A stretch of 64,000 bases of DNA from positions 60,676,429 through 60,740,428 of the forward strand of contig JARFYF010000052.1 of the NCBI GenBank assembly GCA_030265395.1, read 5' to 3'. The notes below the pieces were generated by a model. It was not told where the DNA came from, ran no database searches, and was given only the letters and a program-made list of their open reading frames with translations. This document shows, piece after piece, positions 12,740-25,257 of the stretch. The translations under genes and the position numbers were made by a program. Source of the stretch: Rhina ancylostomus. Its lineage: Eukaryota. The stretch's first letter is position 1. Each line of letters starts with the position of its first letter.

Positions 12740-13552
12740 CCTGCCCATGTCATTTATCCCTACACCTCCTCCCTTACCACCATTCAGGGTCCCACGCAAT
12801 CCTACCAGATGAGGCAGTGCTTCACCTGTGAGTCCGAGGGTGTCATCTATTGCATCCGGTGCTCCTGGTGCAGCCTCCTGTATATCGGTGAGACCTGACG
12901 CAGATAGGGTGACTGCTTCATCGAGTACCTTCGCTCTGTCCGCNNNNNNNNNNNNNNNNNNNNNNNNNNNNNNNNNNNNNNNNNNNNNNNNNNNNNNNNN
13001 NNNNNNNNNNNNNNNNNNNNNNNNNNNNNNNNNNNNNNNNNNNNNNNNNNNNNNNNNNNNNNNNNNNNNNNNNNNNNNNNNNNNNNNNNNNNNNNNNNNN
13101 NNNNNNNNNNNNNNNNNNNNNNNNNNNNNNNNNNNNNNNNNNNNNNNNNNNNNNNNNNNNNNNNNNNNNNNNNNNNNNNNNNNNNNNNNNNNNNNNNNNN
13201 NNNNNNNNNNNNNNNNNNNNNNNNNNNNNNNNNNNNNNNNNNNNNNNNNNNNNNNNNNNNNNNNNNNNNNNNNNNNNNNNNNNNNNNNNNNNNNNNNNNN
13301 NNNNNNNNNNNNNNNNNNNNNNNNNNNNNNNNNNNNNNNNNNNNNNNNNNNNNNNNNNNNTGTGTGCTCCTCCCCCTCACCCCACCTTCTTGTTCTGGCT
13401 TCTGCCCTCTTCCTTTCAAGTCCCGATGAAGGGTCTCAGCCAAAACATCGACTGTTTATTTCCCTCCATAGCTGCTGCCTGACCTGCTGAGTTCCTCCAG
13501 CATTTTATGTGTTTTGCTCCAGATTCCAGCATCTGCAAAATTTCTTGTATCT
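12740..13552 (+). mobile_element. Penelope-like retroelement: GIY-YIG endonuclease remnant plus 3' tail (gap inside)
   Basis: Translates as IQGPTQSYQMRQCFTCESEGVIYCIRCSWCSLLYIGET*RR*GDCFIEYLRSV, the Penelope GIY-YIG signature with stops. Confidence 0.88.
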
Positions 13553-13569
13553 AGGTTACAGATGTTATT

Positions 13570-15340
13570 CCTTTACATAGTACACTGGAAAGAACACTTG
13601 GAAGACCTTCTCAACTACTATACTGTTCTTGACATGAGTGTCCTGGACTCCATCGCCCCAGCAACCTATTTGGGCCAGCTTTGCTGCTAATACTGACTGA
13701 CAAGAAATCAAGAAAGTCATAGGCTCTTTAAAAATTAACAAAGCCTTGGAAGCTGATGCTGACCTGCTGAAATTCTAAAACTTGGCGATTTAAGAGCTTC
13801 AGTCATACATCCACAATCTTATTGTCCCCATCTAGGAAGATGAAGATGTACAAGGAGACCTTCAGGGGTACTGTAATCGTGACTATCCTTACCAAAGGAG
13901 ATAAGCCCACTTGTGGGAACTCATGGGGAAGGTCATCATCAAGTCCTCTCAACTGCTTCTTGCAGGGAATTCCATCCATCTAGAGGCACACAGGACATGA
14001 TCTTCACTGTGACAACTCCAAGAAAAATACAGGCAGGGAACAGTACTAGCTGCTATTCACATCCTCCTTCAACCTCACTAAACTGACTAAAGACTTTACC
14101 TCCATCAATTGGGAAGGACCGTGGAACACCTCAGATTTGACTGTCCAAAGAATTTCATCTCTAAAATATATTTGCTGTGCAAGCTACTGTATAGTGCTAA
14201 TCGACTGGTCTATACAGAATCACTCTGAGTGAAGGCTACGTCATTGCACCAATGCTTTTCTCAATCTTGCTCACCTCAGTGTTGCTCCTATTCTCCAACA
14301 AACTTCCTGTGGGAGTGGAGCTAATTCTCAGAACTAATTAGAAACTGTATAACTTATGGTATTTACACTCCAGAACCAAGGTCACCAAACCTCAGCATTC
14401 AAGGTGCAAAATGTAGGTGACATTTGCATTTGGATGCACTCAGGGGCTGTGTTCCAAGACAATGTCAGCTCATTCACTGAAGCATGCAAGAGAATGGGCC
14501 TTGGACTCAACATCTGCAAGATCAAGGTCCCTAACCAACCTACTCCACCCCTGCCACCACTGCCACCAAGCTGCCCTCTGACAATAAAGGTTCACAAGAC
14601 CCTGGAAAGTCAGACTGCTACTCATATTTTTGGAGCCATCTCTCAGCACAACATTGATGAAATTTACACCAGCACAGCCTTAGCTCAGTTGAGGAAAAAT
14701 ATTTGAAAATCAAAACCCTAACCTTGGCACAAAGCTTATGGTCTACAGGGCAGCAATAATTCCTGCCTTCCTGAATGCTTCTGAGACCTGGACTACCTAC
14801 AGCAAACCTCTCAAGCAATGTACTGGAAAAAAGTATCAGCAACACTGTCTCTGGAAAATCTTTCAAATTCGCTAGAAAGATAAGTGAACCAATATCAGTG
14901 TGCTCTTCCAGGCCAACGTTGTCAGCATTGAGGCCCTGGTTACTTTTGAGTCAGCTGCATTGGACTGGGTACGTTGTTCATATGTTCAACATATAGACTT
15001 CCAAATTGGACATTCTATTCTATGCCCTCTTGTGGTAGGAGAAAACCGAGCAGCCAGAGGAAAAGATTCATTGAAATGCACAAAGCTTCCTTGAAGAAGT
15101 ACAACATCGTCACTGACTTATGAGACCCTCTAGCCCATGACTTCTTAAAGTGGAGTAGGAACCTTAGGGGCCATGCAGTGAGACCATCAGAACCTCTGTA
15201 TAAGTGGCAGTTGGGCACATCAATTCACTCTTTTGTCCCTTTCTGTCACTTCCAGCCCCTTATGTGAAGGAGTTTGCAGTTCTCATATTTTGAGGTGGCT
15301 TCACAAGCCACCTCAAAACTGGAGTGGAAGCAAGTTATCA
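13570..15340 (+). mobile_element. Decayed RTE-clade LINE (RT and C-terminal region)
   Basis: FTEACKRMGLGLNICKIKV, ASETWTTYS, QLHWTGYVVHM remnants with many stops and frameshifts. Confidence 0.8.
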
Positions 15341-15509
15341 TCTGTCTCTCAGAAGATGTGATTTCATTTTTGCTCCAACCAATATTAATGTGATACAGGA
15401 CTTGTTTCTGAAAATGTTTATAATTAATTTTAAGTGTCTTTTTTTTAAAGCTACTGAATTGACTTCAGAATATTTGGTACTGAATATGGTACTGTTTTAA
15501 CCTTCACAG

Positions 15510-15769
15510 AAGTCAGTCACAGAATCCAAACAGCACACCCTGCTGGCCGGCAAGTGATGCTGCACTACCTTCTGCCCTGGATGAATAACATTGAACTGGT
15601 AGATTTCAAACCCTTGCCTTCAGCAAAGACTGCAGATGAAGCTGATGCAGTCTACATGAAGGACAGGGAAATGATGACTAACAGCAGACGCTGGCTGAAA
15701 GGAGAAGGTTGGGGATCTCCACAAGCTACTATCATGGTGCTAAATAACCTGATGTATATGACAGCAAAA
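15510..15769 (+). CDS. FRYL: FRYL coding exon (EVSHRIQTAHPAGRQVMLHYLLPW...LMYMTAK)
   Basis: ccttcacag| and AAA|gtaagt; 260 nt, phase 1 to 0. Confidence 0.95.
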
Positions 15770-16368
15770 GTAAGTGTTCTAATATTGTTCTCTTTTCAAA
15801 GGAAGTTTGCAATATCATGAAAAGTATTTCAACACCGAATACAAAATCATTTGTTAAATATCAAAAGTTTTATCGCATGAAAAGATCATGATCTTTACAT
15901 ATGGTGCAACAAGTTTTTGCAATGAGATGCACTGCCAGGTGTAATAGACTCTTGCTTTTATTAGTCATTATCTCAAACCTGCATATGGGGCATAGAGAAA
16001 TAGGGCTGGATCTGAGATAATCTTAACCATAAAAATATAAAGTACGTTAATAAACCTGTGCTGCCAGGATGCATGAAATAGTTGTTTTTTTGTGCAGCGA
16101 TTTCTATAATCCACATTTCTCAGAAACTGGAATATTTTGTATCCTTAATTTCAATTATAATAATTTATAATGCCAAATCTTTGAAACTTGCAAAGTTTTT
16201 CATCTGTTAATTTCTACTTGATGTACGATCACAGTGATGCAAATTACTTTAATTCTTTTAACATATTAATATTGATAGTAAAAAAAAAGTACAAGTTTTC
16301 CCTGATTGTGAGAATTACTTTCCTGCCAGAGTTGATGCTCTATTTTTAAATTTTTTTTTTCCTGACAG

Positions 16369-16509
16369 TATGGTGATGAGCTAGCATGGTCAGAGATAGA
16401 GAATGTATGGACAACACTGGCAGACAGCTGGCCCAAAAATCTGAAAATAATTCTGCACTTCCTCATCAGTATGTGTGGTGTGACAAGTGAGCCCAGCCTC
16501 TTGCCTTAT
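16369..16509 (+). CDS. FRYL: FRYL coding exon (YGDELAWSEIENVWTTLADSWPKNLKIILHFL...SLLPY)
   Basis: long T tract-cctgacag| and TAT|gtaagt; 141 nt, phase 0 to 0. Confidence 0.95.
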
Positions 16510-18200
16510 GTAAGTAAATGCCTCAGAGTGTCTAAATCATTTGTTACTTCCTATTATCCTCATGTATTTGTTTGCGATTCGTAATTATTAATTGTAAGAT
16601 CTGAAATTTAATTGTTTTATGGATTTTCCTTCACAAAAAAAGTGGTTTTCACTGTATTTTTGATTTTGTATTCCTTTTTAGATGGATGTTGTAATTTTTT
16701 TTATCTGTTTGGAATCAAGTTTTTTTAGTTTTTAACCATGAGTGTTGATTAATTGAATACAGCAGAGCAGCAAAAGGGGCTACAGTTTAGGGAGGTGCAC
16801 TTTCCTTTACTTGTATATTTTCACCTCAGCATTCATTTGTTATTTTCAATTCTGCCAAACATGAAGTTTGCATGTCTTTTTACTAGAAATATTTCTAAGA
16901 ATTCTTAGAAATAAGGTCCTGTAGGCCTAACAAACTAATCCTTATTTGAAATTGATGTCCACCAAGCCAGTTTTTTTTAAATCTAATTATTTTGTAAAGC
17001 TTAATGTATTACAAACAAGATAATATTTATCAGTATCATAGTATTTTCACAATGTTTTTCTTCCCTTAATTTATATGTTTTCCTTTTCTAGGTTTGCTCA
17101 TATAGAACCTCCTGTTTTACCTTAGGCTGATGAGCACAGATTTTTGTCAGTGTTCTTATGAAATTAGCTGTGTAAATGTGTATGCAAAGGGCTGAGTTGA
17201 TTTTCTTTACAATTTCTCCTTGCTGTCCAGGGACTTGAACATATTATGTAGTTCACCAGTGCAATACTATGTAGTTTGCAATATATGTGGAATTAAGCTC
17301 TCTTGCACTGCTTCAGAGACAAAACAGGAATTTCCTGGTTTGATATTTATCCATCATTGGCCAAGTAATTCAGCCAATACCCCCATAACAAATCATCTCA
17401 CTGCCATTTGTGCGATCTTGCATTATAATTAGCTCTGTGTGTTGCAGCAGTGAATACATTTCACAAAAAAAACTCTACTGAGTTGGCCGTAAGGTGCAAA
17501 GACCATCCTGATAGTTCATTTTATACCTTGCGATCCAATGCACAAGACATTCTGGATGCAGTACAGTTTTCCACATCATCTTTACTCACATTTCTTAGTT
17601 AAGTATTGCTTAGCTACAGGGTGAATGCCATCAAGCAAGATTGAAGGTAACTATCTATCATAATGAAAGAAGAAGTGAAATGATTAAAAATTAACAGTTT
17701 CTGGAGTATTAAACCATTGAATTGTTGGGCATATTGTATTAGAGAACTCAGTATTTGCATTTGAAAATTGAAGCTGAGGAAGAAGAACATTACATGTTGT
17801 TGTGGGGCAGAAACAAAACAATAGAACAGATTATAGCACGAAAACTGGAAGTATGTAATATGTTGTAGTATTCTTGTATAAAATATAAAATTCATTATTT
17901 CTACAAAAGGAGGAAGAATAAGTTCTCCTAAAATTACTTGCAACACATCAGACCAATAATAAAGCTAACATAAGTCAACATCGTTCAATTGTGTTAAGTA
18001 TTGTGATATTGTTGAGGGTAAGATTTTAAAGTGAGTATGATTTAATGGAATAATGGCTCTGAGGATTTGAAGTTAATTCTGTTATCGCTACGAGATACTT
18101 GGCCTTAATGATCTAGCACACAGGGAAGGTAGAATGTGATGCAGTTCTCCAGAAATCACAGATTTCTTCATGATCATTACTATTTGTTATGTCTCTGCAG

Positions 18201-18369
18201 ATCAAGAAAGTAGTTGTCTATTTGGGGAGAGATAAAACAATGCAGTTGTTAGAGGAACTGGTAGAAGAACTGCAACTGACTGATCCAGTCAGCTCGGCTG
18301 TAATTCATATGGACAACCCTCCCTACTATCGCATCACCTCTAGCTACAAAATCCCCTCTATCACCTCAG
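18201..18369 (+). CDS. FRYL: FRYL coding exon (IKKVVVYLGRDKTMQLLEEL...KIPSITS)
   Basis: ctctgcag| and CAG|gtaacc; 169 nt, phase 0 to 1. Confidence 0.95.
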
Positions 18370-18598
18370 GTAACCTTGGTTTGCCAATATATATAAAGGA
18401 TTATATTATTATTTCTGGTTTTGTATATTTATCATGAAGGAATACATCCTGAAAAATTGATTGCTTTGTTTGTCTTTCAATACATAACTTTATTGTTGTA
18501 TTTTAAATAAAGAGTGTATTTTTTTTATTATAAATTGAGATTGCACTTTTTTCAGGCAACTGTTGTCCTCTCCAATTTCACTTTTTTTTAATGTGTAG

Positions 18599-18686
18599 GT
18601 ACCACTTCCAGTAGCAATACAATGGTGGCTGGACACGATGGTCATCAGGACAGTAAATTAGCAAAGGATCCTACTACTGAAGAAAA
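18599..18686 (+). CDS. FRYL: FRYL coding exon (GTTSSSNTMVAGHDGHQDSKLAKDPTTEE)
   Basis: atgtgtag| and AA|gtatgt; 88 nt, phase 1 to 2. Confidence 0.92.
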
Positions 18687-18834
18687 GTATGTATTTCAAT
18701 TTTTTTAAAATTCTGTTTAAGTTGAATTTTCTGAACATGCTGCTTTTAACAGAGCAAGCGGAGATGTTGTCACTTTTTTTCTTGTCTTTGATTTATTATT
18801 CCTGCAGTCTCTGCCTCTTCTGCTCTTTTCCCCT

Positions 18835-19225
18835 CAAGGAAGATGAGGGGGTTTTTCTCACTGTCCTGGCCAGTAGTTATCCCTCAACCAATTCCTACCC
18901 GACATGAAACATCGACAAACATCTTTTGCGTCCACGAATTGAAATCAATGGAAGAAAATTCCCCATACCAGGTATAACCTGGCGCTGTTTGACCCACTGA
19001 GTTTTTCCAGTATTCTGTTTTTTGCTCCAGATTCCAGCACCAGCAGTCTATTTTGCCTTAGAATCAAGAATCTGATTACCATTGCTGTTTGTGGGAGTTT
19101 GTTCTTTGCAACTGTGGCTGACTCATTTCTTACACTTCTGCAGTGTTTGCTCAGAAGCCTTATTTCATTGGTTTGCTTTAGGATGTCTAGAGATAATGAA
19201 ATTTATTGTATGAGTACAAGTCTTT
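18835..19225 (+). mobile_element. Deu-domain SINE (SacSINE/AmnSINE-like) split by a Penelope-tail insertion
   Basis: gtcctggccagtagttatccctcaacc ... attgctgtttgtgggagttt...gtggctgactcatttcttacac and an L2-like tail; insert at ~18900-19060. Confidence 0.55.
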
Positions 19226-21596
19226 ATTTTCTTTCCTTATTATTTTGTTAAACCTCTCTCTAACTGCTTTACTGTCTCATTAATCTCTTAAGTAGAGAAG
19301 CACATATAGCTGTCTCAGTGTTGATGTAAATGCTAGTCTTCCTTCTTTCCCTGTTGACCTTTCTCCACTGGCATAGGCAACAATGGGAATTTCCTGTTGG
19401 GGTAATTGAACTTACAGGTTTGTGTTTTAACCAGTCTATCGGAACATTACTGTTACTTCCAAAATCTTCAATCCAGAGTTGAGGAGGGAGTGTTTTATAA
19501 GTTGAGGCAAAAGTAAAAACTTCTCCTGCCCATCTTTTTTGAAGAGATCATCAACTTTGAACTTAACTGGTAGTTGACTTCTTCAAGTCATTGGCACAAT
19601 TCTGCAAGTTTGTATTGTAGTTCAAGATGTAGAAGTCTAAGGGGACCATCACAGCAAGTGCTAAAGAATTTTTTACAAGCTTAAAGGTTTGACACAATCT
19701 AGTTATCCCAAGATGTGAAATGCAGAATGAATGGAAGTATGAACAGTGAGCAAGCTAAGTGGGTGGAGTAGAACTATCGACATCTTCAAGGAGCAGTTAT
19801 TCCAACTGAACCTCAGCAGGGAACAATAGAGAGACTTGTCAGAGAAATTCCATGAACACAGAAGTCCCAACCTTACTCATAGTTGTTCTCAGGTCATCCT
19901 ACAACTATATCTGTGTGGAATGTGAAGTTGCACAATTGCCTATCATGTGCACTGAAAAATCCACTTAAATAACTTGCTCCGGGTTATACCTGGTATGGGG
20001 AATTCTCTTCCATTTATTTCAATAGAGGTGACTGGCCTCAAGGGATTGCAGCATTAATTTTTAAAATATTTTTAATTAGTTTTAATTTTTTCTTAAATGT
20101 GCTGATGATCTTAAGATACCTTTTAATGGCTTGACTTCTAATAACGTTGGGTTGTTTGGAATGTGTCAAAACATCAGAAACATCAAATATTTTCCAAAGT
20201 TTACTTAGAATTTTGTGGGCGAGTTTTTACACCCTGTTGAATTGGCATTTGTGTTATTGTTTCTTTGCTCACAGTGACAGTATTTGAGCTGATGGTTAAC
20301 AGAATTAAATTGACTGACTGTGTCATTGTCATCATTGCCTGTACTGCTATCCTTGTTTGCAGTCTTTAGATATCTGAATTTAAAAAGGGACAAGCTAGTA
20401 AATGAGAAGAGTGTGGTTGAGAGGAATGAGAATATGTATGTTGATACCATCTTTTGCATGGCATCAACAACACAGGCATCCCAAGCACAATTGTCTCTAA
20501 GGGTTAGGTGATCCAGAAAGAACATTTGCTCTCCAGTGAGNNNNNNNNNNNNNNNNNNNNNNNNNNNNNNNNNNNNNNNNNNNNNNNNNNNNNNNNNNNN
20601 NNNNNNNNNNNNNNNNNNNNNNNNNNNNNNNNNNNNNNNNTCCAGTGAGCTCATGGTGTTGTCAACTATACCACCTTGTCTTGCAAAAGAGAAAGAAGTG
20701 TGTCAGTGAATGCAGTTAAAGATAATGTGACTGGCGTAATTGAATAAAGAGCAGGGTGTGCAGTGGAAAGTGAGGCTTCCAATTGTACTCACTATGTAAG
20801 GGTAGATGAGTATTGGGGGTATGGTGACATAGTGATGTGTCTGGGATGCAGCTGATATGAAATGGAATTGAAGAAGCAGCCACTTACATTGTCCACTGTG
20901 TGGGATCATTAACCTCCCTACAGCACTCTGTCTGCCCTCATGGCTTGAGTCTTGCATTCACCTTCAAGGCTTTCTACACAATGCTGGGAAATGAATTCAC
21001 AGTTGCTGGGCCAGGTCAGGTGTTGTCCAAGATCCGAACATCCTGGGTTTCAGTAAGGATTGTAGGGCTTCATATGTGAAGGAAAAGGGAATGCTAAGTT
21101 TTTTTAACTATTTGGGTTTAGTTTCATGCTTAAAATTATTTAAAAGTATTTTCCTTAACTCATAGAAGTTTTAATTTATTTTAAATGCCTAGGTCACAAC
21201 TTTTACAGTTGGCAAAGCTAAGGAGGGTCTTTACTGACTGTCAATCAGTTTTGGAGGGTTTAAGGTAGGCCGCTGCTAAAACCATGTCACTGGAGTCCAA
21301 AACACTTGGATTGGCAAGATTGGTTTGCCAAATCTAGTTCAGGTTGGGATGGGTCCGGAGGGACTGTGGATGGCAATCGTGAGTGGGGGCTACTGGGCAG
21401 GCGAGGTTTGGCCCAATTTTGCCATGTTCACTGATTTCATTCAAGAGTCAATTCTGCATTGCGGTTCCTTTAGCCATTTTATGAAGCCGTCGTATTTAGA
21501 CCCTGATGCTTAAATTTTTGTTTCCAAATTTGGCATGCATGCATGTGAACACAGAATGTTGTGAAACTTAATTGACTACTTTCTCTATTTTATCAG

Positions 21597-21709
21597 TTAT
21601 GGACACCTTGACATCTACAGTGGACTGAATAGTAACCTAAACCGGCAGCATCACCGGCTAGAATCTCGTTACAGCAGCAGCTCTGGGGGATCCTATGAAG
21701 AGGAGAAGA
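21597..21709 (+). CDS. FRYL: FRYL coding exon (YGHLDIYSGLNSNLNRQHHRLESRYSSSSGGSYEEEK)
   Basis: tttatcag| and AGA|gtatgt; 113 nt, phase 2 to 1. Confidence 0.95.
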
Positions 21710-22088
21710 GTATGTAAATTAGTTTCAAATCACGACGCAGAGCCTGGTTTAGGTTTAATCCTCTTAAAGTTCCAAGTGTGTTTGCCACTTTGGCTGAGTC
21801 TGCTGGACAGTTATGGTTCTTAAGACTCTTGACTAAATGTTTAGAATTGATGGGAATAATAATTAGGATGTAGAGACTGCATACATACAGAATTTAAATT
21901 AGCAGAACTCTATTTGGGAGGAAGGGTATATAATTTAGTAACACAATTATGCACTTGGATTTGATTGCACAGAGTATATTGTATACAAACAGCTAAATAC
22001 TTGATATGTGTCTAGGGGGAAAATAGTTCAATCAACCAGTTAAAGAACCTGTTACTAACTCCTCTACTACATTTTGTGTATTTAAAAG

Positions 22089-22239
22089 GTGATTCCATGC
22101 CAATGTATGCAAACTGGAGGCTGAAAGTGATGGAATTCAACAAAGCAGAACCATTGCCATTTCCTCCCTCAGGTGGAAGCTGGTCACCACTGGCTGATTA
22201 TTTGCCCGAGACTGGTAACCCGGGTGTACCCTTACAGAG
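22089..22239 (+). CDS. FRYL: FRYL coding exon (SDSMPMYANWRLKVMEF...GVPLQR)
   Basis: tttaaaag| (AAG acceptor) and GAG|gtcagt; 151 nt, phase 1 to 2. Confidence 0.93.
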
Positions 22240-22571
22240 GTCAGTGAAAACTGAAGCAATCACTCCAAGCTTCCTATAAAGCTATTAAAATTAAATGATT
22301 NNNNNNNNNNNNNNNNNNNNNNNNNNNNNNNNNNNNNNNNNNNNNNNNNNNNNNNNNNNNNNNNNNNNNNNNNNNNNNNNNNNNNNNNNNNNNNNNNNNN
22401 NNNNNNNNNNNNNNNNNNNNNNNNNNNNNNNNNNNNNNNNNNNNNNNNNNNNNNNNNNNNNNNNNNNNNNNNNNNNNNNNNNNNNNNNNNNNNNNNNNNN
22501 NNNNNNNNNNNNNNNNNNNNNNNNNNNNNNNNNNNNNNNNNNNNNNNNNNNNNNNNNNNNNNNNNNNNNNN

Positions 22572-22862
22572 NTCCAGCAACTCAGGTTCAGTCCTGACCT
22601 CCAGTGCTGTCTGTGTGGTTTTCTCTGGGTGCTCCAGTTTCCTCTCATCCTTACGACGTATGGCTTGATAGGTTAATTGGCCACTATAATTTGCCCCAAC
22701 TGCCTAGGTGAGTGGTAGAATCTGGGGTGGAGTTAATGGAAAGGAGGGAAGAATCAAATAGGATTTGTGCAGGATTATTGTAAGCAGGTGCTTGATGGTT
22801 GGTGCAGACTTAGTGGGCTGAAGGACCTGTTTCCATACAGTATGATTCTCTGTGACTCTACA
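22572..22862 (+). mobile_element. tRNA-derived SINE (HE1/V-SINE-like), 5' end in gap
   Basis: ggttcagtcctgacctccagtgctgtctgtgtgg...gggtgctccagtttcctc...gtgggctgaaggacctgtttcc (CR1-like tail). Confidence 0.78.
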
Positions 22863-23294
22863 TCAAGTGATTAAACTTCCAGTGGATTGTATTTGCTTTC
22901 CACAGTTAATATGAATGTAGATTTGAAAAGCATAAAAAACCCTGCAGATTCTGAAATAAAAAAAGAAAATGCTGAAAATACTTGGAAGGTCACAAAGGCA
23001 GGAACTGAGAGATAAAGAAAGATGAGGACCCTGGAAAAGTTAGAGTTTATTCTGTGGGTCTAACCATATGAATAAGCAAAGCGAATTTAGAAATCAACTT
23101 TATTCTGTATTCATCTCATTGTTGAGCTCAAAGCTAATTTAGTAAGTGTTTGCATTAGGCAGATCATTACAATTCCTTGTGAAGAAAAGAGAATTAATTC
23201 ACAGGTGGTGGTGGCCAGTTGCTTTCCTGAAGATGAAGCAAAGTAGTGGAACTTCTGTGTTGGAGTCTGTTTTGGGCATTCTTCGTTGTATTTA

Positions 23295-24092
23295 GAGTCA
23301 CAGAGCAATACAGCTCAGATACAGGCCATTTGGCCCAACAAGTCAATGCTGACCACAGTGCTCATCCAGCTAGTCCCAATTTCCTGAGTTCGGCCCATAT
23401 CCCTCCTAAGCCCCATCCTTTCCAAATGCTTCTTAAGTGATACTATTGCACCTGTCTCAACCACTTCCTCTAGCAGCTCATTCCATATACTCACCACCCT
23501 CTGAAAAAAATTGCCCCTCGGGTCCCTTTTGAATCTTTTCCCTCTCACCCTAAATTTATGTCCCTCAGTTTTGGACTCCTGTATCCTGGGGAGAAGACTC
23601 TTACTGTCCACCTTATCTATGCCTCTCATAATTTTAAACATTTCTATAAGGTCACCCCTCATTCTCCTAAGTTCTAAGGAACAAAGACTTACTCTGGCCA
23701 ACCTCTCCCTATAACTCAGGCCCTCTAGTCCTGGCAACATCCTCATAAATCTTTTCTGTACTCTTTCCAGTTTAACCACATCCTTCCAATAACATGGTGA
23801 TCAAAACTACACTGTACTCCAAGTGTGGCCTCACCAACGACTTATACAACTGCAACATATGTCCCAACTCCTATACTTAATACCCTGACTGATGAAGCCC
23901 AGCATGCTAAACACCTTTTTCACCACCCCGTGTACCTGTGACGCTGCTTTCAATGAACTATGCACTTGTACTCCTAGGTCCCTCTGTTCCATTACACTCC
24001 CTAGTGCCCTACTATTCATAGTATAAGTCCCACACTGGTTTGATTTTCCAAAATGCATCACCTCACATTTATCTGTATTGAAATCCATTGTG
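23295..24092 (-). mobile_element. CR1 LINE 3' end (ORF2 C-terminus + 3' UTR)
   Basis: ORFs 23315..23779 and 23831..24124: FNTDKCEVMHFG, LERVQKRFMRMLPGLEGLSYRERL, RRMRGDLIE, RVVSIWNELL. Confidence 0.93.
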
Positions 24093-24488
24093 ATGTTCCA
24101 TTCCCTGGCATAAACATTTTGCAACTTATTGCATGTAAGAATTTATAAGGAAAGAAAACAAACCAGAATCTTGGATTTATCTCCAGAATGATTAATTAAC
24201 ATGTCCAATGTGGGTTTTTTTTAGCTTAGTGAATGTTTTCTGGTAAGCAACTTCATTTTATTGAGGGTGTTTTTGTGTACCATTTTTAAGCAAATTCAAT
24301 CGTTACACCTGATTAATCTGGGATGATGTAATGATTTGTCATACAATTAAATTTGATTAAGGCTGCAGAAATTCAATAGTTGAATGATGTCTCTGTTTTC
24401 AGGAAAACTTGCTGGCATTGATGGACAGTTGCACTGCATTCATATAGTTTTGAAAACATAAGTAAACTGTTTTTTGTTTATTTCCCAG

Positions 24489-24592
24489 GTGTAACATAGC
24501 AGTGATCCTTCTGACAGATCTTATAGTTGATCACAGTGTAAAGGTGGAATGGGGAAACTACATGCACCTTTTGCTTCATGCAATATTTATAG
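24489..24592 (+). CDS. FRYL: FRYL coding exon (CNIAVILLTDLIVDHSVKVEWGNYMHLLLHAIFI)
   Basis: tttcccag| and TAG|gtaaat; 104 nt, phase 2 to 1. Confidence 0.95.
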
Positions 24593-25071
24593 GTAAATCT
24601 GCTGTGAAAGTACTCTGTTTTGATTGCAGGTACAGAATGCTGAGCTTAAGATGATGTGCAGAGCGATATAATATGCATCTATAGCTCTCTACAGACATAT
24701 TTTAGCCAGGATATTAAAGAGAAACCAATGAAAAAAAAACTTCTGTTTATTACTGCAGCAAAGTCACAGTAAAGAATATGGCCATGAATTTTACAAATTC
24801 ATTTTGTAATGGAAAATCAAAAATTTAAAAAAAATTANNNNNNNNNNNNNNNNNNNNNNNGAATATGTTCCCTTTTTGGACATGCCTTTGTTATGGCACT
24901 TTAAAAATGTATGATTTTTATAAATGATTGTTTCAATTTGTATATTGAAATGCATAGATCTGTAAGGCCTATTTTATCACTTTAAATAACACAAACATAT
25001 TTAGTTTTATAACAAAAATTATTTACAGTTTTAAAAAAACTAATTCCTGATTTTCTTTCCCCTTTATACAG

Positions 25072-25257
25072 GATTTGATCACCAGCATCCTGAAGTTTAT
25101 GAACATTGTAAGCGATTGCTTTTGCACTTGCTTATAGTAATGGCCTATAACAGTAATGTTCAAGCTATGGCCTCCGTTCTCCTCAGGAACAGGGATTTTA
25201 CTGAACCTAAGGTGCTTACTGTCAAGCCAACCACTCAAATAGAGTACAGTTTTACAG
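25072..25257 (+). CDS. FRYL: FRYL coding exon (GFDHQHPEVYEHCKRLLLHLL...IEYSFT)
   Basis: ctttatacag| and CAG|gtcagt; 186 nt, phase 1 to 1. Confidence 0.95.

Noticed and set aside
16682-16690. Possible 9-nt microexon ATGGATGTT (tttttag|...|gtaatt) in a phase-0 intron
   Set aside because: Weak donor context (GTT|gtaatt), no UGC near the acceptor, and such matches are expected by chance in T-rich introns.
17060-17180. Strong acceptor-like tract (ttttccttttctag at 17091)
   Set aside because: Reads into a stop after 12 codons and has no convincing donor.
18541-18598. Alternative upstream acceptor (ttttttcag at 18555)
   Set aside because: 43 nt upstream of the true site, so it would shift frame; the downstream site fits the protein.
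21531-21545. Overlapping TGCATG motifs upstream of the 113-nt exon
   Set aside because: The exon is not frame-symmetric and is well conserved; the (GCAT)n run may be simple slippage.
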